NCBI RefSeq assembly: GCF_050320075.1
Contig: NZ_CP190021.1
Length of the DNA stretch: 64,000 bases
DNA from: Escherichia coli
GTDB taxonomy: Bacteria; Pseudomonadota; Gammaproteobacteria; Enterobacterales; Enterobacteriaceae
Direction: 5' to 3' (one strand)
Below are positions 57,356 to 64,000 of this stretch, piece after piece. The position numbers were made by a program, and so were the translations under genes. Below the pieces are notes generated by a model. That model saw nothing but the letters and a program-made list of their open reading frames with translations, did not search any database and was not told the DNA's origin. The first letter of the stretch is position 1; every line of letters begins with the position of its first letter.

Positions 57356-58422
57356 TAGCGACCATCCCTTGTATCAGAAACTGTAATGATGCACTGCATG
57401 CGAGAAGCCTGTGCGTATAAAGGTTTTTGCGCAGTCCGATATAACTCAAATACCTGCTCCATGGCTGATTCAAATGATCCCCGGAACATTAAAGGCGCAT
57501 CCAGACGGTAATCGGTTACAGAAAGTGGCCATATGACCATCCAGTGCGTTGATGCCATGCTTTCGCATTTTGTTTCTTCTGCCCACTTGATAATGTTCTC
57601 TCTTAATGTGGTGCCTGCCGGCGCACGCCACTCTTTACCCTGAGATACCGGTTTAACAGGCGTTCCGGTCATGAGCGGGATAGACTTGACTGTGGAGCCG
57701 GTTGGAGTCGGGGTGGCGGCGGGGGTTGACGAAGATACGCTGTTTCCTCTGAATGGATTTCGTGGTTTGTTCTGGCTATTTGCTGTTGTTGGAGATTCAG
57801 GGGAAGTGGATGTGGTTACCATGGCTGCTGGCGAGATAGTGGTTGCCGTGTCCTGTGCCGGTGCAGCAGCTGATGTTGTGACGGTCAACGTTTTATTATC
57901 CCAGTCCAGATGGCCCCATAGGTGTTGTTCTTCCAGCAACCGATTCAGAGAACGGGTCCACTGATCATTGGCAGACCATGAAACCAGTTTGGTATTCAGC
58001 TTGGGCGTGGCTGCATTCTCTTGTCTGAATTTCCATCCTTCCGGTAGTAATGTTTTTATCCACTGACTGACGGTCCGGTTACGGGCCGTCGGCGATAGTG
58101 TTACAGGGGCGCTACCAGGCTTGCCTGTAATGATTAACCGGGAGAAATTCTGACTTATTGTTGGTGAAGGTAACGGTCGGGATTCGCTGACTGGATGTGC
58201 TGTTTTTACTGTCTCTGGCACGCTGACTCTCGGGGGGGGAGTTATTTTAGGTGGAGAAAGACGTTGTTGCGTAAGTGCCAGAACGCCAGCACTCTCACTG
58301 ATTTGTCCGTCAACAAAAACCAGAGCAGGCGTATCTGATGGTGCCACGTTATTGCTGCCGGAAATTCCGGCACAGCCGGACAATAATGACGGCAGTATAA
58401 GTGTCAGATAGTTTTTTTTCAT
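57355..58422 (-). CDS. pilL: PilL lipoprotein
   Basis: 355 aa with lipobox LLSGC and a Thr/Pro/Ser-rich middle region. Confidence 0.82.
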   Translation of the reverse strand: MKKNYLTLILPSLLSGCAGISGSNNVAPSDTPALVFVDGQISESAGVLALTQQRLSPPKITPPPRVSVPETVKTAHPVSESRPLPSPTISQNFSRLIITGKPGSAPVTLSPTARNRTVSQWIKTLLPEGWKFRQENAATPKLNTKLVSWSANDQWTRSLNRLLEEQHLWGHLDWDNKTLTVTTSAAAPAQDTATTISPAAMVTTSTSPESPTTANSQNKPRNPFRGNSVSSSTPAATPTPTGSTVKSIPLMTGTPVKPVSQGKEWRAPAGTTLRENIIKWAEETKCESMASTHWMVIWPLSVTDYRLDAPLMFRGSFESAMEQVFELYRTAQKPLYAQASRMQCIITVSDTRDGR

Positions 58423-58455
58423 AACGGAGACTCCGTGTTCGTATATACGTGTTTG

Positions 58456-59046
58456 TTAATTGGTGTGAGGCGGCTGGAGAGGACGAATGACGACTGTCAT
58501 TCCGTCCGAATGCAAATGCGGGAGAGACCACTGAAATAAGAGATATACAAAAGGAATTGATAATCTTTCATACAGACTTGTTTTCCGTGGGCATGTAATA
58601 ACAGAGAAATTCAAACCATAAGATTCCAGTCTCTTTATAAGTTTATTTATTCTTGCAGGAGTAAAGAGATGTGAATGCATAACAATGGTTTCATCATTAT
58701 TAATTGCTTTTGATATCAGAGAAAGTAACACATCCCAGTGTTTCCTCATTGACTCCGGGCAACGTGTATCGGCATAGGGGCTAAGATGTATGCTTGATTC
58801 TTTACTGCCATTTTTTTTCGCAAAGAATGTGAAGTTGTATTTAGATACAGACCTTACGATAAGAAGCACGCATCTGAAAAGTAGTGGGGAAAAGCAGATA
58901 ATAACCACTATACAGAAATATAATATATAAGATAGTGATATGTGGTCAGTGTATAGATAACGGAAGTATTGCCACGGGGTAGTGATGTACAGGCAAAACG
59001 TACACCAAAGTAACCATAGATATAATGGTACGTTATTATTTTTCAT
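58456..59046 (-). CDS. pilK: PilK
   Basis: 196 aa with an N-terminal membrane region. Paralogous to the traD product (see findings). Confidence 0.75.
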   Translation of the reverse strand: MKNNNVPLYLWLLWCTFCLYITTPWQYFRYLYTDHISLSYILYFCIVVIICFSPLLFRCVLLIVRSVSKYNFTFFAKKNGSKESSIHLSPYADTRCPESMRKHWDVLLSLISKAINNDETIVMHSHLFTPARINKLIKRLESYGLNFSVITCPRKTSLYERLSIPFVYLLFQWSLPHLHSDGMTVVIRPLQPPHTN

Positions 59047-59095
59047 GTTAGTTGATGCCGGCGACTAAGATAACAGAGTAAGGGGGATTAACTGT

Positions 59096-59548
59096 TTAAT
59101 TCTTTGGAACGAAAAAATGCAGTTCCTGAACATCACACACCATTATTTCCACAGGCTTACCATTTTTATCCAGTAAATTTGAATTGGTTTCAAAAGATTT
59201 GCAGTTGTTTTTACTTTTAAATGAATCAAGGTACAGGGTGTTAATGTCAGATTCGTCATCTGTTGTTTCTCTTGAAATAATACTGTTTTTTATCACCACA
59301 TTTTCATGTATCTCATTTGGCATTTTGTACTGTTGCAAATATTGTTGGCGGCGGATGCGTGCCTGTTCACTGCTTTCTATGAACACCACCGTGATGATTG
59401 CCCCGTACATGATAATCAGGAAAACCCAGAAATCTTTTGGTATCTTCCAAAAAAGTGCGGACAGTTTGTTATCTGATGAAATTAAAATCGGAAAAAGGAT
59501 TGCAAAGACAATCAAAATCGCGATGGTTAATTTAAATAAAAACGACAT
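59096..59548 (-). CDS. pilJ: PilJ
   Basis: 150 aa with two TM segments. Confidence 0.75.
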   Translation of the reverse strand: MSFLFKLTIAILIVFAILFPILISSDNKLSALFWKIPKDFWVFLIIMYGAIITVVFIESSEQARIRRQQYLQQYKMPNEIHENVVIKNSIISRETTDDESDINTLYLDSFKSKNNCKSFETNSNLLDKNGKPVEIMVCDVQELHFFVPKN

Positions 59549-59590
59549 GGTCCCCTCCTGTTTTGACGAGGTCTTTTGTTTTTGTTGTTT

Positions 59591-59845
59591 TTACGACAGC
59601 CAGTCCTGCAGGTGCTGATGGCGGGAGCGGCTACCCTTGCGCCAGCGGCAGTGGCTACCGGGTGCACGTTCCAGGCGGAACAGAAATCGGTTGTTGCATA
59701 GTACCACCACAAGGCAGTTATCCGGCGTGCAGAAGCGTCGGGCAAGCTCATCGGGATCTGTCTGTGTTTTCGTTGAAAACAGCTTGCGTTTGCAGTGCGT
59801 GTCGACGACCAGTACCTGTAGTCGTCCGGGATGTTGCTGTGGCAT
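59591..59845 (-). CDS. pilI: PilI
   Basis: 84 aa from the ATG at 59845, preceded by AAGGAG. Confidence 0.65.
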   Translation of the reverse strand: MPQQHPGRLQVLVVDTHCKRKLFSTKTQTDPDELARRFCTPDNCLVVVLCNNRFLFRLERAPGSHCRWRKGSRSRHQHLQDWLS

Positions 59846-60112
59846 CAAAGACTCCTTTCGGAACGGGAAAAGAAGCAGCTGTACCGTCGTAACTGCACGT
59901 ACCGGTTGCGAAAAAACGGCACAAGCGAGTAGTGACAGAAAGAATCCCGGGAACGGCAGAAAGGGTGGTACAGGCTGCGAAGACGGGTCACGGGGTGTGT
60001 CGGGAATTAACGCACGTGAGGCGTAATGAGAGCGAAGCTCTTTTTGCCAGGGTCATCTACGTTGATTTTCATGTATGTTTTCCTGTCGGAAATCGTGGTG
60101 CTCTTATAACTG

Positions 60113-60679
60113 TTATTCCCTGTTTCCAGAATCGTTTTTCAGGGTCAGAATGACAATACCACAGCGGGGATTTATGTGAGGCACTTTCCACTGAGATAAG
60201 ATTCTGCTGACGATGAGGATGCGGAACATGACGCTATTCATGGCGGATTCCCTTCGTTCCGCTGTTACATCCAGCCCTTTTCGGCGCAGAGAGCAAATCA
60301 GCTTTTGTGTCCTGGCTTCAGTCAGAAGATGGGATTTCATGTAGATACGTTTCTTCTGGCGTAATAAGGGGGGCAGCTTTTCGAGTAATTGCTTGAAGTG
60401 TTTTTTTATCGCCTTCTTTGAGGAAGTATCTGCGAGTGCGCTCAGGAAAACACATACTGTGTGATTGTCAGACATGTCTTTGGTTTTAAAACTATTTTTC
60501 CTAAATATTATTCTAAGCAGAATGAAAAACGGACGGACTAACAGCGGGAGAGCTATCATCCCCAATATCTCTACTAGCGTCCATATGTTCATCTGGTACA
60601 AGCCATCCTTGCAGAGCAAAATCGCTATAATGCACCAGACGCTATATATAGCTAATGGAATACGATATTGGAGTTTCAT
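60113..60679 (-). CDS. traD: TraD (IncI1; PilK paralog)
   Basis: Start at MKLQYRIPLAIY after GAGGAAG, 13 nt after the traC stop. 188 aa. Confidence 0.7.
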   Translation of the reverse strand: MKLQYRIPLAIYSVWCIIAILLCKDGLYQMNIWTLVEILGMIALPLLVRPFFILLRIIFRKNSFKTKDMSDNHTVCVFLSALADTSSKKAIKKHFKQLLEKLPPLLRQKKRIYMKSHLLTEARTQKLICSLRRKGLDVTAERRESAMNSVMFRILIVSRILSQWKVPHINPRCGIVILTLKNDSGNRE

Positions 60680-60692
60680 GTATTGCTCTTCC

Positions 60693-61376
60693 TCAGTGTA
60701 ATGTGATAGTCGTCTGCTCCTGTGTTGCACCCCAGACATCTTCTGGCAGGCTGGGCAGCCCGATAAATAAGGTGTGAAAGAGGGTTTCTCTGCGTTCGAT
60801 CCCGAATTGATGTTCGTATCCTCTCACCACCTGAAATCCTTCGTCGGAGAATATTAACTCTGCCGCTTCCAGAAGCTGCATAGTTTTGCGGTGTAGTGGA
60901 GTGATCAGCTGCAACGTAACTGGTGCCCTCATATCGCCTGTCGGTAGAAAACACTCTTCGGTGCGACTTAGTTGTAGCAGATGACGTTTCCCGGAACAGG
61001 CCCGTTCAATGGATTCATTGAACACCCTCTCAGGCCATGGGCAGACATATGTGCGCCAGCCTGCTTTCTGTAATTTACCCAGTGCAGCCCGAAAACGAAA
61101 CAACGGACATTCCCCGACAGTGGCAGAGCTGAGAAAGAGCGTATTCAGCGTTCCGATGATGGGAATATTGCGATCTTTTTCGGTCAATGCTTTTAACGCC
61201 ATGATTTCGCCAGGGAGACTACGGAACTCAGGATGTCTGCTGGCACCAGAAAGCCATTCAAGCAGGTAATGCCGTAATCCGGTTTCACTGGTTATATTGT
61301 GGTTTTCCTGTGCCGTTTTCAGGGCATTCAGTGCACACCAGAGCAACTGGCGCACGGGATGTTCTGTCGTGGTCAT
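60693..61376 (-). CDS. traC: TraC, positive regulator of transfer genes
   Basis: 227 aa. Called from gene order traA-B-C-D. Confidence 0.8.
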   Translation of the reverse strand: MTTTEHPVRQLLWCALNALKTAQENHNITSETGLRHYLLEWLSGASRHPEFRSLPGEIMALKALTEKDRNIPIIGTLNTLFLSSATVGECPLFRFRAALGKLQKAGWRTYVCPWPERVFNESIERACSGKRHLLQLSRTEECFLPTGDMRAPVTLQLITPLHRKTMQLLEAAELIFSDEGFQVVRGYEHQFGIERRETLFHTLFIGLPSLPEDVWGATQEQTTITLH

Positions 61377-61595
61377 GCGAATGTCCTACTGTGAGATGAA
61401 AAGAAGACCGGTATCCGTTCTCTCCGCCACACGTGATGGCACGGGCCGGCCTTTGATAAAACGAATCAATACTCTGGGGTGAAGCCTTTTATTTCTTTCG
61501 CCATTAAGAAATACACGGTTCCATCAAAAGACAGGGGGAGTCCATGGTGGGGATGGCTTCGTGCAGGCTTCACTCCGGAATATTCTCTTGAATTG

Positions 61596-61620
61596 AAAAA
61601 AGCCCGGCCCGAAGGCCGGG
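61596..61620 (-). terminator. intrinsic terminator immediately after traB
   Basis: Minus sense reads CCCGGCC-ttcg-GGCCGGG followed by CTTTTTT, starting about 10 nt after the traB stop. Confidence 0.8.
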
Positions 61621-61629
61621 AAATACTGG

Positions 61630-62184
61630 CTATGGGATGTTTACAAGGCGCTCCATAAAGCCGTGATGTTCGGCATTTGATACCAGTTCCAGGAGCAGGG
61701 ATATCCTCGACTCAGGCTGGAGAGTATTTTCCATTCTGAGGAGATACTGATATTGTGCTTTTGTCAGCCATATGCTGGAAGCCGCATTCAGCTCTTCCCT
61801 GGCTCCCGGATTTAGCACAGGGTCCGGGTAAATCTTCATTAATCCATCAACAATATCTTTATTGACGGGTTTTATTTCACCGCCAAACTTCACGAAATCA
61901 ATGAAGGCGCTATGTCGACGTAATGCTGATACTGGGTGAATGTCAAAATTAGCCAGAATAAAAAAGTACCCTGGAAAAATAGCGAATATTCTTTCACGGT
62001 AACAGCACCTGGAGTCTGCCCGTCTTATCTTTCTTGTTATTAATGGAGTCCATGGTACGACGTTTTGCTCATTCAGCCATGAGAATAAAGATTCTCTGTT
62101 TTTGCCGGCTGTATTATATTGCGCAAGATACCAGTTCCGGTTATTCAGGTGTTCTATATTCACGAAGTTCAACGCTCCGCGCAA
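61630..62184 (-). CDS. traB: TraB, NusG/RfaH-family (NGN domain) transcription antitermination-type regulator
   Basis: NGN signature NWYLAQY...FPGYFFILANFD...FIDFVKFGGEIKPV is colinear with RfaH (SWYLLYC...FPNYLFVEFD...VSHFVRFG). The start is uncertain: TTG at 62184 is the maximal ORF, and GTG at 62163 is more plausible. Confidence 0.85.
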   Translation of the reverse strand: MRGALNFVNIEHLNNRNWYLAQYNTAGKNRESLFSWLNEQNVVPWTPLITRKIRRADSRCCYRERIFAIFPGYFFILANFDIHPVSALRRHSAFIDFVKFGGEIKPVNKDIVDGLMKIYPDPVLNPGAREELNAASSIWLTKAQYQYLLRMENTLQPESRISLLLELVSNAEHHGFMERLVNIP

Positions 62185-62313
62185 AACCGATCCATGATGG
62201 ACGATTTTGCGATGTCAGGCGAATATGCTAAATCATATGTCTGAAGCAGTGTCCAGCCCATATCTGGATAAACTGCAGTTCTGACAGGCATATAACCAGC
62301 AGACTCTAGTACG
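62171..62313 (-). promoter_or_regulatory. conserved structured leader element, copy 2 (immediately upstream of and overlapping the traB start)
   Basis: Minus sense ends ...CATCATGGATCGGTTTTGCGCGGAGCGTTGA. Confidence 0.7.
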
Positions 62314-62578
62314 TTCTGTATCGGTGATTTGGCGAACTCACAGATAAAGAACGGCTAAGCACTAATATCAGCAATACAGTGGCACAGTATTGTGATACGC
62401 GAAATAAAACATCAGCACGTCAGTTCAGAGTAAGGTCGCCATATATCGGGCATGAGCCAGATACAAATAACTGGGACACCGTCTGAAGTGATTTGCTTTA
62501 TTAAAGTAACTTGTGCTTGGTGTTTATGTTTATCAATTTGGGATCGCCTGTAAAGTGCAAAATGCAATTTCCATGAAA

Positions 62579-62600
62579 GTGTCCCCTTTAATGGGGACAC
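62579..62600 (-). terminator. hairpin directly after traA
   Basis: GTGTCCCC-attaaa-GGGGACAC (minus sense) followed by TTTCAT. It has only a weak U tract. Confidence 0.5.
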
Positions 62601-62604
62601 CTGT

Positions 62605-62913
62605 TCACATTTTTTCGTTTTCTTTAGCTGTATTGCTAATCATGAAAACGAAAGTTCGCATCAGCACAGCAGAGCGAAGTGCATCATATCCTTCCAGATT
62701 TAAATTCTTCAGGCTTCGCTTCAGGTAGGTTCGTACCGTTTCGGGAGAAAGCCGACAGTTCTGAGCAATGGCGTCGTAAGGAACACCCATTGCGTAAAAA
62801 ACGCAGACTTTAAGCTGGTTTGTTGATAGCTCGGGAAACATGCCTTCCAACAGAGTGATGGCCGGGAGTTTCTGTATCAGTTGAGGTGACATAGCAAAGG
62901 TCTCCGATGACAA
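62605..62913 (-). CDS. traA: TraA, LuxR/FixJ-type HTH regulator
   Basis: 102 aa. HTH region is LSTNQLKVCVFYAMGVPYDAIAQNCRLSPETVRTYLKRSLKNL. Confidence 0.82.
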   Translation of the reverse strand: MSSETFAMSPQLIQKLPAITLLEGMFPELSTNQLKVCVFYAMGVPYDAIAQNCRLSPETVRTYLKRSLKNLNLEGYDALRSAVLMRTFVFMISNTAKENEKM

Positions 62914-63232
62914 CTAAAAACGCTATCACCGAGTTCCTACGCTCATTGGTGATAGCCCAGACGGGGGTAGGAATACCGGCGTCATCGGAAACCGGCCAGG
63001 CTAATGCCTGCCCCGCCTGAGCTACCATAGATGACGACAAGAAATACAAGTTCCTGTCTTTATGGTATGGCAAAAAACGACGCCAAATGAAGAAATTAAC
63101 TTCTGCGCCGACGATGACTACGCGGGTTCCTACGCCCGATCACAGTTTTGCCTGTGACCAGTAAAGGGTACTTAGTATAACGCACCGAGTCAACTAACAG
63201 CTTAAAAAACATACAAAAAAGCGTCAAAACTT

Positions 63233-63379
63233 AACGCTCCGCGCCGAAGCGATCCAGGCATGATGCTTCTGCTTTGTGGCGTTCGAACATGCTGGTCCAT
63301 ATGCACGAAACGGTGTCTGACCCTCGTCCAGACAATCCGCAGTTCTGACGAACATATGAACAAATATGCTCTTGTAGAG
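63233..63379 (-). promoter_or_regulatory. conserved structured leader element, copy 3 (about 320 nt upstream of traA)
   Basis: Minus sense ends ...CATCATGCCTGGATCGCTTCGGCGCGGAGCGTTAA. Confidence 0.7.
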
Positions 63380-63383
63380 GCTG

Positions 63384-63413
63384 TTGTTACACAATTGGCG
63401 GGTTGTGTAACAA
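63384..63413. promoter_or_regulatory. perfect 11-bp inverted repeat TTGTTACACAA-N8-TTGTGTAACAA
   Basis: Arms at 63384-63394 and 63403-63413, directly upstream (minus sense) of leader copy 3. Could be an operator or an RNA hairpin. Confidence 0.6.
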
Positions 63414-63429
63414 ATGGTTTTATCATCTA

Positions 63430-63700
63430 AGAATCATTCTATTTACGATCGAATGATCTACAAAATGATTTTTTAAAGGTTATTTAGATCGTTTAATTGC
63501 ATTAAAACAGAATATTATTCTGTTAGGTAGATCGGTTGTAAGATAAATGATCGTGAGTAGGATAAAAGTCGATCTTTTAATCCAAAAGAAAGATCTAAAG
63601 CAGAAAAATCTGCTTTTAAAAATAGATTTTATTTTTTTGACGCAGGTCAAGATTAACTTATTAGAGGTATCAGTGAGGAGGCACTGGAAGAGAAGAGATC
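63430..63700. other. AT-rich, GATC-dense origin-like region (candidate IncI1 oriV)
   Basis: Seven GATC sites in 149 bp (63447, 63455, 63487, 63530, 63549, 63571, 63592), high AT content and no ORF. Its position next to traA and downstream (minus sense) of a terminator fits the repZ-CIS-ori layout. Confidence 0.55.
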
Positions 63701-63879
63701 GTTGTAATGCTTTTCAAATTAACGTAAAGCGGGTATATTTCGGCTGTTATTAGCTGTGCAGAGGGTGGCACTCTGTGGAGCAAAGCGGCGAAAGCCGGAC
63801 GGCAGAATGCGCCATAAGGCATTCAGGAGAGATGGCATGTACGGGCAGTAAGTCAGAAGACTGAAGATGTTCCGGAAGC

Positions 63880-63943
63880 CATAAAAGGAAAACCCCCACT
63901 ATCTTTCTTACGAACTTGGCGGAACGACGAAAGATAGTGGGGG
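63880..63943 (-). terminator. strong intrinsic terminator (candidate repZ/CIS terminator)
   Basis: 15-bp perfect stem CCCCCACTATCTTTC (63893-63907) / GAAAGATAGTGGGGG (63929-63943). In minus sense it is followed by TTTTCCTTTTAT. Confidence 0.75.
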
Positions 63944-64000
63944 CCTCACAGAATACGGGTAAAGTATAATGAAACCGTACCAGAGATTCAACCCTGTGCA

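Noticed and set aside
59563-60072. Plus-strand ORFs 59563-59892 and 59637-60026, and a 21-codon minus-strand ORF (60007-60072, MKINVDDPGKKSFALITPHVR)
   Set aside because: The plus-strand ORFs are antisense to pilI in GC-rich DNA with no RBS. The 21-codon ORF has an AGGAAA upstream but nothing else to support it.
62412-63073. ORFs 62412-62600(-), 62513-62728(+) and 62810-63073(-)
   Set aside because: They either overlap traA out of frame or lie in its untranslated flanks. No RBS or motif was seen. The repeated GTTCCTACGC(T/C)C at about 62930 and about 63127 was noted, but it is too short (about 11 nt, two copies) to call.
63202-63426. 74-aa minus-strand ORF covering leader copy 3
   Set aside because: The homologous copies 1 and 2 do not keep this frame open (8-codon uORFs instead, with a 4-nt indel). 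Conservation is at the nucleotide and structure level.
63908-64000. Possible 3' end of repZ on the minus strand (frame ending TAA at 63910-63908 inside the terminator loop; another frame stays open to about 63752)
   Set aside because: It is too short and runs off the window. Two frames are open and I cannot verify either against RepZ from memory, so no CDS is called.
1-64000. Looked for CRISPR arrays, tRNA/rRNA, IS elements or transposon ends, integron attC sites and resistance genes
   Set aside because: None were recognised. The only site-specific recombination system seen is rci with its shufflon.

Overview
The window looks like almost the whole transfer half of an IncI1 (R64/ColIb-P9-type) conjugative plasmid. 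This identification comes from protein sequences and gene order recalled from memory; no database search was run. Left to right: (1) The leading region (1-9.6 kb, genes on +, pointing at oriT) carries a ParB-like gene, psiB, psiA, ardA, three long imperfect hairpin elements of the Frpo/ssi single-strand-promoter type, several uncharacterised ORFs, an Rpn (YhgA-like) nuclease gene with a 4-residue tandem repeat, and one opposite-strand HTH gene. (2) oriT (17-bp inverted repeat) and nikA-nikB lie at 9.7-12.9 kb. (3) On the minus strand are trbC-B-A, pndCA/pndB (on +), a small accessory patch (17.9-19.7 kb), then excA, traY through traL, sogL/S primase, nuc, traK through traE (I-type/Dot-Icm-like T4SS). 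These are followed by rci, a 7-sfx shufflon, pilV through pilI (thin type IV pilus), and traD-C-B-A regulators. (4) The right edge holds a GATC-rich origin-like region and an intrinsic terminator. Most noteworthy non-textbook observations: (a) A candidate second type I toxin-antitoxin module at 18.40-18.89 kb has a DinQ-like 31-aa hydrophobic peptide and a predicted ~87-nt divergent sRNA that is a 33-nt repeat of the toxin 5' UTR. (b) A ~145-nt structured leader element occurs three times (upstream of traA, traB and traH). Each copy ends in an ops-like GCGCGGAGCGTT motif and shows compensatory stem changes, and the same plasmid encodes the NusG/RfaH paralog TraB. (c) The Rpn gene-within-gene arrangement is followed by a free-standing second copy of its C-terminal (RpnS-like) domain. 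(d) An Ais-like periplasmic phosphatase and an OM barrel sit inside the tra operon. No CRISPR array, rRNA/tRNA, IS element or integron was seen.
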